Of a DNA stretch of 64,000 nt, positions 55,062 through 64,000 are shown one piece after another (position 1 is the stretch's first letter; each line of letters opens with the position of its first letter). The translations under genes were made by a program, and so were the position numbers. The notes under the pieces are model-generated. The model ran no database searches, was not told the origin of the DNA, and saw nothing but the letters and a program-made list of their open reading frames with translations. Where the stretch lies: sequence record NC_070650.1; one strand, given 5' to 3'.

Positions 55062-57626
55062 TTACTCTTCTGGGAAATTGAATCCACCCAGATCGCCTTC
55101 GTCGTTTGTTTCGTCTGTCCCCGGTTCCGGCCCACCCTCACCAAAACTACCAAAATCATCAGTGCCCGTGTCGGCCGGCGGCGTTTCAGATTCAGTGCCG
55201 TTTTTGGTTGCCAGTTGTTTCATAACTTGCTGTACCACCAGAGAAATCTTAGTCACTTTCTCCAATCTAGCAGCCATGAAATTATAACCCGGATTATCAT
55301 CGTCATTACCAATATTAACGAGTTTATAAAGCTCCGGCATGATGTTATTTTGAATCATCCAGTCTACTGCGTAATTATTTCTGAACGCCTGGTAAATGGC
55401 AGTGGCCTGCGCCCCAGCTTCAGTCCCCAGCGTTTCGGTAATAACTTGTTCATTAACATACAGTGGCAAGGTGACGTCTAACAATGCTAAGAAATCATTC
55501 ACATCTTGCAGCTGTGTCGCTAAACGTGCAGTATCCATGGTTGGTAAAGTGAGCTTCAGGGAGCTGAGATAACGTTCCATGATTTCACTGTAACGGATCG
55601 TATCTTCTTCACGATAATAATCTTTCAATTTAGCCTTGTGCTTATCAATCGCCTCCTTCAGGCTTTCGAGTAAGAATCCATTCGATACCGTGTAGATCTG
55701 CACCAGATATTTCATTTGTTTCAGGAGGGTGGCCTGTTTCTGGGCTGACCGTTTAGCCAACAGCAGGTTACTCGAGAAGATAGTTGCAGCAAACTCAACA
55801 CCCTGAGTAGCATCAATAATTTCCGGCGGGATACCAATACCCATAAACATCATATTTTTGATATTTGTGGACAACTCACTATCCGGACGAGCTAAAGCCG
55901 ATGTTGTTTCCGTGGTGGTTAGTTTCGTATTCGGGTATTGGGGGTGTCCTGAAATACTCCACGTAATACCCGCTTTTTGCAACATATCCAGCTGTGTTCT
56001 TGGGTCAGTAACCCCCAAAGGAAATGCCGAGTTTTGAGTTTTAGCAAACTCATGCTGGATAGTTTCAACCGTTTTCCACGGATCAGGGTCCTGCTCGTCA
56101 AGTAAGATCTCATTCTCTCGGCGCGGAATACTATTGCGGATAGCCCCCTGAACATCAGCAAACAGTAGCAGGGAACGTAAAGCCCCAATGATTTTAGCAT
56201 CGGACAGTAAACTTTTGCCCAACCCAGCATTGGTGTAATCAAAAGCAAAGTATGCACACTGCTCTACTGGGATGTACACGATGTTGGTGCGCATATTCGC
56301 CAGAGAACGAGAAAGCATAATTGCATATGCAGAACGCTCAACGTCTGCAAGTTCCACGTTCTCACCATGCAGCCCCCGCTTCAATCGAATTAACAGCTCT
56401 TTTTTCATGAGCTGACCATACGCGTGAAGTAATTGGAGACTATCGTATTTATTGGCTTTTTCGTTTGGACCAAAATACGTTTTGACGTTTTCCAGGATGG
56501 TGCCGGCTTGGTTATTATAATTATCCATCGGACTTTGCATGTTCGATGTTAATTGATTATAATAATCCTGAGATGAAACTCGGGTAACCGGATTACCGTA
56601 TTCATCGATTAATCCGAAATAACCCAAATGGTCCGTCGGAGAACCGGGGCGATGGATTGGAATCAGTGATTCCGAAGGCCAACGGATGACCAACGGATTA
56701 CCTTTACTTTCTTTACCGCCTCCACGTGAAGAAATATTCACTACCGGAGTAGTGACTGACCCGCGGCGTGCAAATAAGGCAGAATCGAGAGCTTCCAATT
56801 CTTTATCTCGCTGATTATCCTCAACAGAGATCCTACCGTAAAGCCTGGTTTTTCGCAATGCGTCTGCACGCCGTTTATCGTGGAGTTTGGGTAGTTTGAG
56901 GTTGTCCAAGTTATCCAGAACTTGTAAATGGTCATCAAACCAAACCTTGGCTACGGCAGGCTGGGTTTCTGGAATAAGGGAATATGCCTCCAACGAAACC
57001 GTCGCTTTTGCAGCATTATTTTTTGCATCATCCACGCCGGCGTAGCCTGGACCTAAAATACCTACTGATTTTACGGTCATATCCGGGTTTAATGCAGCCT
57101 GATATGACTCTAATGAAATGTCCGTTTTTTGGTTGATGATGTCATCAAGGCTAGATTCAGGAATAACCACCAATGGATAACTGCCGGTCTCAAATAGGGC
57201 TTGTTCACAAATTGGTAACAGTAAATCGTTAATTTTATAGTCCTGTGTGAAATGTTCCTTCATTACGTTGGTCAAATCACCAACGAGTTCTGGGGGTAGT
57301 TCACACTTATCTGAGGCCCATCCTAATTCGAATGTGGTTAAATCCTTAGGAGCCACAATTAGGGACGTCATAATTTCTTTTGCCAAACCAAGGTCAGGCA
57401 AAATTTGCATTAGGTTATTGGTGTCGTCAATATCGGAAGCTTGTAATTTACTGATGCGTTCCAAGCTACCGTGGTCTGGAGCGATATCGGAACCTTGACT
57501 GGTTTGATTGGTTGAACCGCTACGCACCAAAGACGGGACCATTTTTGTTGCGATGGCCTGTGCCAGTTTATTCTCCTTAAAAAAGGGGATTCTGGCAAAT
57601 TGGCTCGTCAATGTACTATTAGACAT
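55062..57626 (-). CDS. Portal protein (phiKZ gp129-like)
   Basis: 854 aa; LRWPSESLIPIH.PG.P..H.GYF.LIDE.G.P pattern, SLE sites and acidic tail; syntenic position. Confidence 0.75.
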   Translation of the reverse strand: MSNSTLTSQFARIPFFKENKLAQAIATKMVPSLVRSGSTNQTSQGSDIAPDHGSLERISKLQASDIDDTNNLMQILPDLGLAKEIMTSLIVAPKDLTTFELGWASDKCELPPELVGDLTNVMKEHFTQDYKINDLLLPICEQALFETGSYPLVVIPESSLDDIINQKTDISLESYQAALNPDMTVKSVGILGPGYAGVDDAKNNAAKATVSLEAYSLIPETQPAVAKVWFDDHLQVLDNLDNLKLPKLHDKRRADALRKTRLYGRISVEDNQRDKELEALDSALFARRGSVTTPVVNISSRGGGKESKGNPLVIRWPSESLIPIHRPGSPTDHLGYFGLIDEYGNPVTRVSSQDYYNQLTSNMQSPMDNYNNQAGTILENVKTYFGPNEKANKYDSLQLLHAYGQLMKKELLIRLKRGLHGENVELADVERSAYAIMLSRSLANMRTNIVYIPVEQCAYFAFDYTNAGLGKSLLSDAKIIGALRSLLLFADVQGAIRNSIPRRENEILLDEQDPDPWKTVETIQHEFAKTQNSAFPLGVTDPRTQLDMLQKAGITWSISGHPQYPNTKLTTTETTSALARPDSELSTNIKNMMFMGIGIPPEIIDATQGVEFAATIFSSNLLLAKRSAQKQATLLKQMKYLVQIYTVSNGFLLESLKEAIDKHKAKLKDYYREEDTIRYSEIMERYLSSLKLTLPTMDTARLATQLQDVNDFLALLDVTLPLYVNEQVITETLGTEAGAQATAIYQAFRNNYAVDWMIQNNIMPELYKLVNIGNDDDNPGYNFMAARLEKVTKISLVVQQVMKQLATKNGTESETPPADTGTDDFGSFGEGGPEPGTDETNDEGDLGGFNFPEE

Positions 57627-57664
57627 AAGACAATAGCTCCTAAGGGTAATCGGAGGAATAACAC

Positions 57665-60343
57665 GTGTCCAGCACTTATCAGGAACTCTATCGCCAAGAC
57701 ATTTTCACACTGGTGAGAACCATGGTTGTGAAAAGCGTTGCTACGGCGGAGGCCATAAACTCTGAATTAAGTGGAATGGGGTATGCGGTATCGTCAGATG
57801 AAACGACCTGGAAATACTACAAAAATATATCCGGGCAGTATCATTCTACAGACACCCTAATGCAGGTGACATCTCTTGATAGTTTAGAGACCATTGATTT
57901 TACGGTGGAAAACCTAGCCATTAATGTGGCGACTAAAGAAGCCTACGCATATGGTTCTAGTTATTATACCAACCTCGTTTCTCAATATCCTTTACAAGAA
58001 CAATTAATACTGGGCATTCTTAACCCAGTCGACATCGATACCGCCATAGCGGCCGATGATAATGAAATCCTTTACTATGACCAGAATCTGGTTGAGTCCA
58101 ACGAAACCAATTTAATACCTTCATTGCAGGCGTGGACAAAAGCATTCTTTTTAAGATGGGCCCACCCCGCTTACGACATGGTTGACGATTTATATCGTGC
58201 AGCGGTATTGGCACTTTACTGGTCGAAAATGCCCGTACAGATTGAACTCATACGTTTGCGTAATTGCAAGACCAGATACGCACATAGTTTTCACATATGG
58301 ACTTATCTGGAATCTAATGGGCATTTGAGGCCGTACAAAGATTACCTTACCACCAAACAAGCATTGTGGTTGTATCGGAATGTTAATTACCTGCAGCTCA
58401 ATGCCGGCAAGAAAGAGATTCAGTCAACCTTAATAGAACACATCATGACTGAACGAAACCTGCCAGTCGCGTCGTATGACTTGGCGCACGATATCACTGA
58501 TTTCGAAGAACTGGAAGATTTGTTGCCAGCCGTTACCATGTTGCGGTCTAGTAGAAACACCATTGACTCGACCACAAATTCAAACGCAGGGCAAACCGTT
58601 CAAGCCATCCTGAACAAAGAAATAAAACTCGCAAGAGATAATGGCAACACACTCACGGATGATGAAAGTAGCATTACCTCCGACATGCAAACTTCGGTCA
58701 CAAGTCGATTGTCGACAAAGGTCCTAGAGTCCAACATGTTGGTATCCGACGCGGGTGACGTGTATCCTTATGCATCGGTTCTATGGAACGAGTGGTTGCA
58801 CAAAGGAGTAACCGGATACTACACGGCGAATATTCAAGTAAACAACCCATCAACTGGCGACATTATGTCGATGACTCCGGTCGATGCATTTATTGTTTAT
58901 TTGTATTGTTTCAATCGCAGTGTGGGTATCACCATGGATACCATACCCGACGTGCCTGCTTGGCGAGTCAGAAAAATACCATTACCGACGCTGTCTGATT
59001 TACGAAAAATAGTTGATAGTGACTATGTCGATGATGATAAACTGCAATGGATCTTAGATTCAAATGTGGTTATCACGAACATGCCGTCGCGCCAAAGCTT
59101 TTTTGATACCATGTTGTCCGTGCATGATGCCCAGACAAATCAGTACTTTTATTATTCTGAACACGAACACAAAACAGTGTATGGCCAATTGGAATGTGCA
59201 CTTAATGCCTGTTATGACAACGTGTTATGTGTATTAGACTCACAACATCGCACCTTTGAAGAATACTTCACATTAAAGGGATGGGCGTTAGATAATCTTA
59301 GCACTGATTATTACACCACCATCGCGGCCGATGTATTGAAGTATGCGACTGCCCAGGATTTAACCAACGCTAAGTCAGTCAAAGACATTCAGACCGCCAT
59401 GCTGTCTCTAATGACGAAGATGTCGTCCTACTCTACGCAGTGGTTACAATCCATCAACGGAGATACGTTGAAGTTATCTGACGGCGCCAATCATCGCTTT
59501 GGTGATGATGCGACTCAGCTATTCAGTCATACTTATTTAAAAGGCAGTATACCTGAGATTATCGGACTTAAAACCGTAATCTACGATCGTGAAGAATTAG
59601 ATATATTTGCTGATTCAAACATGGAAGATACGGCCTGGCTGCAAATAAAGGATTATGCCGAAGTAGACCCCGCGCCAGATGTCACCTACGTGAGTCAAGG
59701 TTATGATTATAGCGCGGTTAGAAATCCAACACCATATGCGAAATTACGTATACAGGACCTGGTGGAAAAGTTACTTATTACCGACCTGCCAGGTTTAACG
59801 GTGACCCAATTGGAACCTATCGACCCAGACAATCCAGATAATATCGATATCAATGATCTTATCCCGGTGTCTGATTTACCAGGATTGGTTTACCCGTTAG
59901 CATACCTCAACCCAGTCGATGAACTATCTGGATTGGTTATTCCGTTATCAAGTATGATAACCAACACAGTACTGGATGGTTTAGGTGTATCGTTAAGTTC
60001 TAGAATCACTGAGGTGGATCTTAATGGTCTTTCCATTGCACTTAATTTGGAATTGCCAAATAACGTCCTCGATGGTCTGGGGTTAACTTTAGGTAGTCAA
60101 ATCACCAAGACGGAATTGGATGGGTTGGATCTAGGCATTGCTTACTCTTTAGGCAATACTGTTTTGAATGGCCTGGGCATTTCCTTAGCGCAAGAACTGG
60201 CCACCACGGAACTCAACGGGTTAGGTATATCTGTAGCAGCATCAATCACCGACGTCAATCTAGATGGTTTGGTGTTCCCAACGAATTACGGGGTGGGTAA
60301 TGGACTCATTAACACGGTACTTAACGGTATCTTTATTCAATAA
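57665..60343 (+). CDS. Virion structural (tail/baseplate) protein with C-terminal 16-aa repeats
   Basis: GTG start with a GGAGGA RBS, divergent from the portal gene; repeated L..xI....L[DN]GL units. Confidence 0.65.
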   Translation: MSSTYQELYRQDIFTLVRTMVVKSVATAEAINSELSGMGYAVSSDETTWKYYKNISGQYHSTDTLMQVTSLDSLETIDFTVENLAINVATKEAYAYGSSYYTNLVSQYPLQEQLILGILNPVDIDTAIAADDNEILYYDQNLVESNETNLIPSLQAWTKAFFLRWAHPAYDMVDDLYRAAVLALYWSKMPVQIELIRLRNCKTRYAHSFHIWTYLESNGHLRPYKDYLTTKQALWLYRNVNYLQLNAGKKEIQSTLIEHIMTERNLPVASYDLAHDITDFEELEDLLPAVTMLRSSRNTIDSTTNSNAGQTVQAILNKEIKLARDNGNTLTDDESSITSDMQTSVTSRLSTKVLESNMLVSDAGDVYPYASVLWNEWLHKGVTGYYTANIQVNNPSTGDIMSMTPVDAFIVYLYCFNRSVGITMDTIPDVPAWRVRKIPLPTLSDLRKIVDSDYVDDDKLQWILDSNVVITNMPSRQSFFDTMLSVHDAQTNQYFYYSEHEHKTVYGQLECALNACYDNVLCVLDSQHRTFEEYFTLKGWALDNLSTDYYTTIAADVLKYATAQDLTNAKSVKDIQTAMLSLMTKMSSYSTQWLQSINGDTLKLSDGANHRFGDDATQLFSHTYLKGSIPEIIGLKTVIYDREELDIFADSNMEDTAWLQIKDYAEVDPAPDVTYVSQGYDYSAVRNPTPYAKLRIQDLVEKLLITDLPGLTVTQLEPIDPDNPDNIDINDLIPVSDLPGLVYPLAYLNPVDELSGLVIPLSSMITNTVLDGLGVSLSSRITEVDLNGLSIALNLELPNNVLDGLGLTLGSQITKTELDGLDLGIAYSLGNTVLNGLGISLAQELATTELNGLGISVAASITDVNLDGLVFPTNYGVGNGLINTVLNGIFIQ
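59900..60340 (+). repeat. Protein-level tandem 16-aa repeats (about 7 clear copies plus degenerate ones)
   Basis: LSSMITNTVLDGLGVS / LSSRITEVDLNGLSIA / LNLELPNNVLDGLGLT / LGSQITKTELDGLDLG / IAYSLGNTVLNGLGIS / LAQELATTELNGLGIS / VAASITDVNLDGLVFP. Confidence 0.85.
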
Positions 60344-60360
60344 CTTAGGAGGGCGACGCC

Positions 60361-61293
60361 ATGGCTAATCCATACGCTTACCCCTCTAGGGTGTTGGTGT
60401 ATAGTTTAATCAATACCGCCAACGGCACTCGTTACAATCCAACGGATGTGGCTATTACAAACATCCGTGAAGATACCACGTCGACCGATTTTAGGGATAC
60501 AAAAGCGGACGTCGTGGGGGTAACTGAAGAAGGGTTTTCGGGAACAATAACGGTGAGGTATGCTCGGCTTGATGTAGCCGAAGTATTTGGATTAGTGACT
60601 AACCTGGCAGTACGCTGGGAAGGGCAAACAAGTACGTTGGAGTTAATGGAATACATTAACTCGTTATACGGAACGAAATTTAATGAAGAAGATGTAGTCA
60701 TTGAATATTTTAATCCCAATACCTTACCAATCACGGTCGCGGTGACAATGTCACCCACCTCCCCTGCATGGAAGGGCACTCTCAACGTCCAAGTGGTTCC
60801 GTTTAGTCAGGCGTTAGCCGCCGGATTAATCAGCCGGACAGTGCAACCCTGGAGCTACCCTACGGATCAAGTGGTTAAAACACAAGGCCCGCTATATCTT
60901 CGCCCGTATGATTTTGATTCGTATTGGTCCTTACTGCGACCTCTTCAAGTAGGGGCTCAGACAAATGCGATATCTCAATCCATAGCAACCGTAATCAACG
61001 GATTTGTCCCCACCACACATGCATGGACTGTGTCGATGCTCGCCACATCACACAACCTGACCAGTGATGTAGACGTCAACGGATTGCCGGCACTTTATAT
61101 TGTTTATGCTGGTGCCCCTACGGCGACTTATACCCATCGATTGGGTGTAGACCGAATTATCGTGATACGTTTATCAAATACGCTTTGTACTGATGTAGCC
61201 GGCTATTTAGTTATGCACTTCAGCGAACAATCCGTTGATTTAGATACCGTATTCTCCGTGAAATCTATCGGTCAGCTCGAGGTGGGATCATGA
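60361..61293 (+). CDS. Virion tail-associated protein with the phiKZ-like paralogous N-terminal domain
   Basis: GF.G...V.Y.RLD...F ... INSLYG..F..EDV ... W.G pattern shared with the next gene. Confidence 0.6.
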   Translation: MANPYAYPSRVLVYSLINTANGTRYNPTDVAITNIREDTTSTDFRDTKADVVGVTEEGFSGTITVRYARLDVAEVFGLVTNLAVRWEGQTSTLELMEYINSLYGTKFNEEDVVIEYFNPNTLPITVAVTMSPTSPAWKGTLNVQVVPFSQALAAGLISRTVQPWSYPTDQVVKTQGPLYLRPYDFDSYWSLLRPLQVGAQTNAISQSIATVINGFVPTTHAWTVSMLATSHNLTSDVDVNGLPALYIVYAGAPTATYTHRLGVDRIIVIRLSNTLCTDVAGYLVMHFSEQSVDLDTVFSVKSIGQLEVGS

Positions 61294-61736
61294 GTGGATA
61301 TTCGGACATCATTGCAGCACTAGATGCAAAAAACTCGGCTACGCTTGCTCAGCCCCTGACAACAACAAATGTTAGTCTTGGAACAATGGAGTCCATCAAT
61401 ACTGCAATCAGCAGCTATAACACAAGGGCGCCATTGACTCCAACTGTCGATGGTGGGTTTACGGGTGGTGGGGCATATGTAGCCTGGCGTAGGATAGACT
61501 TTGGTACGTTGTTCAAAGGAATCCCGATCAGCATCAAAGATAGCGTCAGCACTACAGTCGCTGGACTAATACCCAGATTGAATGAAATGTACGGGTACAC
61601 CATCGGCACCGATGATGTGGTTAACAATCTATTGCCTTCACCTGCCGCGGGGCAATCTGCGGTAGTAACCATCACCGCATCCAGTACATCAAATAAATTC
61701 GTGGGTAGCTTCACCATCACCTACCGTAAAAGTTAA
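61290..61736 (+). CDS. Small virion protein consisting of the same paralogous domain
   Basis: ATGA overlap; GFTG...V.W.RID...F ... LNEMYG.....DDV ... F.G. Confidence 0.6.
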   Translation: MSGYSDIIAALDAKNSATLAQPLTTTNVSLGTMESINTAISSYNTRAPLTPTVDGGFTGGGAYVAWRRIDFGTLFKGIPISIKDSVSTTVAGLIPRLNEMYGYTIGTDDVVNNLLPSPAAGQSAVVTITASSTSNKFVGSFTITYRKS

Positions 61737-61740
61737 CGTG

Positions 61741-61767
61741 GGGATGATATCATTTAGATATCATCCC
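61741..61767. other. Hairpin GGGATGATATC-ATTTA-GATATCATCCC
   Basis: Perfect 11-bp inverted repeat between co-oriented genes; same loop as the 7329 hairpin. Confidence 0.6.
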
Positions 61768-61793
61768 TAATTAATAAAGGATTGGCAAATATC

Positions 61794-62654
61794 ATGGCTA
61801 AAGCAATTCAGCGTACGGTACTGGCAGCATCACTGTCTACCGCCAAAATTTTGGGTTTAGCGTACCCTTTGGTGCCTAATACCACTTTAAATGAAAAGCT
61901 GTCTATTCAGTCCGGCGTAATTAGCTCGGACAGTACAGTTACACCCACCTTAAAATATTGGGTAATTGGTGATGGTGGGCACAACATCACCTCGAATGGC
62001 TCAAGCCAACCTTACGTTACTCCGGTCCAACACCGACCATCTGATTTCGGCCTATTTAATCAGGTGCCGTTTGTGCTGCGTTTACCGGCAGATGACCTGA
62101 CTGCTGCGCAACAAGCTAACTATGGGCTTCGCCGCGTAGAGACGCATGGCGGTACTCAGTACGTGGCTTATTACGCAAAACGTCTCGATACCAGCACTAC
62201 CGCGGTTACGCTACACAAAACCGTTATTGTTGACGGGGTGTCTACGACCACGACGTTTGTCCCAGATGAGTCGAATCTAAACCCAACGAAACCTGTGGTT
62301 ACCAGCACCACCACCACTACGGCGAACGGTACTTATTTGTCCGCATCGGCGCCACTGACTATTACCTTCAGTGAATTTGATGCAACTGAGTTCTTAAATG
62401 TCGCCAAAATCCTTTATGGCGATGAAAATACCGCAGCCATTTCTGAAATTGCTTTAGTGACTGGTATCGATTTATCGGTGCCATTAACTAACTCCAGCTC
62501 CACGGCAAGCACTTTCAACGAAATCATCATGGCACAAATCTATACGCATTTTAGTGCTTATTATGCGGTCGCTTTCGCTGAGCAGGGCTTTGAATTCACC
62601 GTGGATGTTGGTCACACCGAACCATTGGCTGCTGAGGGTAATGTGAGTGCCTAA
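61794..62654 (+). CDS. Virion structural protein (phiKZ gp139-like)
   Basis: NTTLNEK...LKYWVIG.GGH...F..VPFVLR...DL pattern. ATG 61794 has an AAGGA RBS. Confidence 0.6.
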   Translation: MAKAIQRTVLAASLSTAKILGLAYPLVPNTTLNEKLSIQSGVISSDSTVTPTLKYWVIGDGGHNITSNGSSQPYVTPVQHRPSDFGLFNQVPFVLRLPADDLTAAQQANYGLRRVETHGGTQYVAYYAKRLDTSTTAVTLHKTVIVDGVSTTTTFVPDESNLNPTKPVVTSTTTTTANGTYLSASAPLTITFSEFDATEFLNVAKILYGDENTAAISEIALVTGIDLSVPLTNSSSTASTFNEIIMAQIYTHFSAYYAVAFAEQGFEFTVDVGHTEPLAAEGNVSA

Positions 62655-63252
62655 CTATATTCCTTATCACGTTATCGTGAAAGAGGAATGGGCATCCACA
62701 TACCGCATCGCGGCAATCGACCCAGGGAGCGATACCCTGGGTTTTACTATTATTGATATTGACCTTCGTACTGGGAAAATCATCGTAGTTTATTCGGATA
62801 CGTATGAAGCCTCACGCCAGTTGCGTTACCTCAATCCGCAGTACGTCGAATCCGTAGGTAATATGCGCGCACGGTTTGAATGCCACGAGCGTACGTTAGT
62901 CAATCTCTTCAATCAGTTTAAACCGCATAGCGTTATCGCAGAATCCGCATTCCTGAAAAAGAGGTTTCCGCATAGCTTTGAATCTTTGACCATTGGTCTT
63001 GAGATGATACGTCGTGCACTTTATCAATATAACCCAACGCTTAAGTTAAAAACAGTAGAACCTACCGCAGCGAAAAAAGTCGTTATATTAAAAGGCGATC
63101 CTTTTAATGATAAAGCATCTGTGCGTCGTGGCGTTTTAGCTTACCCTGAACTCCATTGGGAAATCGACTCATCCCAGTTAGATGAGCATGCTTTTGACTC
63201 TGTTGCTATTGGTATTTATGAAGCGTTATCCGTTATCGGAGAGTTTGTATGA
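62647..63252 (+). CDS. ruvC: RuvC-like Holliday junction resolvase
   Basis: RNase H-fold acidic motifs AIDPGSDTLG, VIAESAF and DEHAFDSVAIG. Confidence 0.8.
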   Translation: MPNYIPYHVIVKEEWASTYRIAAIDPGSDTLGFTIIDIDLRTGKIIVVYSDTYEASRQLRYLNPQYVESVGNMRARFECHERTLVNLFNQFKPHSVIAESAFLKKRFPHSFESLTIGLEMIRRALYQYNPTLKLKTVEPTAAKKVVILKGDPFNDKASVRRGVLAYPELHWEIDSSQLDEHAFDSVAIGIYEALSVIGEFV

Positions 63253-63851
63253 AGGGTAAGTATTACGTCATTGAAGGTTTGGATGGCACGGGGAAAAGCA
63301 CCCTGATTGAGAAGCTTAAAGCGGCCCATCCCGAATGGGTTTTTGTGGCTGAACCTGGAGGGACACCGATAGGGCAAATGCTGCGCGCTTTAGTGAAGGA
63401 AGGTTTGGGTGAAGAAGTAATTACTCCCATTTCCGAACTACTCATGTTCTCGGCCGCCAGGACACAACTGTTGTCTCAAATTATCGCACCTGCGTTAGCC
63501 GAAGGGAAAACAGTCATCAGCGACCGTAATTGGGTATCCACACTGATGTATCAGGGTCATGGGTTTGGTACTTCCGCGATTAATACCGTGCTGGATTTGC
63601 ATAAGCTCATCTTAAAAGACCTCCCAGTACCGACCGGTTATTTATATCTATCACTCTCTATGGAACAAAGGGCGTTGCGTTTACGTCACCGTGGGGAAGC
63701 CCCAGATCGTTTAGAATCGCGAAATAGTGATTATTATGTGCGGGTACACGCTGGATACGAAGCCTGGGCGAAAGCCAACTCCAATGTGTTTAAATTGGAC
63801 GCGTCAAAATCTTCTGATGATGTATTCACATCCGCACTAACATTCATTTAG
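63249..63851 (+). CDS. tmk: Thymidylate (dTMP) kinase
   Basis: IEGLDGTGKST, EPGGT, LMFSAAR.Q and ISDR...S...YQG. Confidence 0.92.
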   Translation: MKGKYYVIEGLDGTGKSTLIEKLKAAHPEWVFVAEPGGTPIGQMLRALVKEGLGEEVITPISELLMFSAARTQLLSQIIAPALAEGKTVISDRNWVSTLMYQGHGFGTSAINTVLDLHKLILKDLPVPTGYLYLSLSMEQRALRLRHRGEAPDRLESRNSDYYVRVHAGYEAWAKANSNVFKLDASKSSDDVFTSALTFI

Positions 63852-63877
63852 AGGGCTTTGGCCCTCTTCTTTTTTTG
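63851..63877 (+). terminator. Intrinsic terminator
   Basis: GAGGGC-TTTG-GCCCTC followed by TTCTTTTTTT. Confidence 0.75.
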
Positions 63878-63896
63878 ATCATTTAAGGAATCTTCC

Positions 63897-64000
63897 ATGC
63901 ACGCCGATCGCATACAAAAAGTGCTGGACCTGGTTGCTACCGCAGAGCCCTCACTTCCAATCCCTATAGCCACTGGAAATATCAGCATATCTAATATCAC
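63897..64000 (+). CDS. Start of an ORF truncated by the window end
   Basis: AAGGA RBS and ATG 63897; the frame is open to the end of the window. Confidence 0.45.
   Translation, partial: MHADRIQKVLDLVATAEPSLPIPIATGNISISNI

Noticed and set aside
1-64000. Alternative genetic code or stop-codon reassignment
   Set aside because: Standard-code ORFs tile the window densely and all three stop codons end genes normally.

Overview
The window is a 64-kb segment of a lytic jumbo phage of the phiKZ-like, nucleus-forming group (Chimalliviridae-type). The gene order follows the family core. It begins with the gp68-like nvRNAP subunit, a PicA/Imp1-like import factor, nvRNAP beta/beta' fragments, an SF2 helicase, a vRNAP beta' fragment and a split B-family DNA polymerase half. 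Head, inner-body and baseplate proteins follow, then DnaB, the major capsid protein, the nvRNAP beta N-half, the portal, tail proteins, a RuvC-like resolvase and dTMP kinase. phiKZ gp numbers below come from recalled family synteny and motifs, not from a database search. The chimallin gene itself is not in the window. Three accessory insertions interrupt the core. (i) 9.0-10.4 kb holds two orphans. (ii) 32.7-34.3 kb holds a non-coding AT-rich/G-rich hairpin element, then a Tad1-like anti-Thoeris/CBASS sponge gene overlapping a P-loop-kinase/HAD-phosphatase fusion gene. (iii) 39.4-45.2 kb is a cluster behind early-promoter motifs. It encodes two exported G[WY]C-x9-CxTVxG proteins, a signal-anchored lytic transglycosylase, a tandem XRE-HTH protein and a divergent family of small paralogues. 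About a dozen sequence-conserved terminator-like hairpin repeats punctuate the window. I saw no tRNA, rRNA, CRISPR array, IS element, intein or intron.
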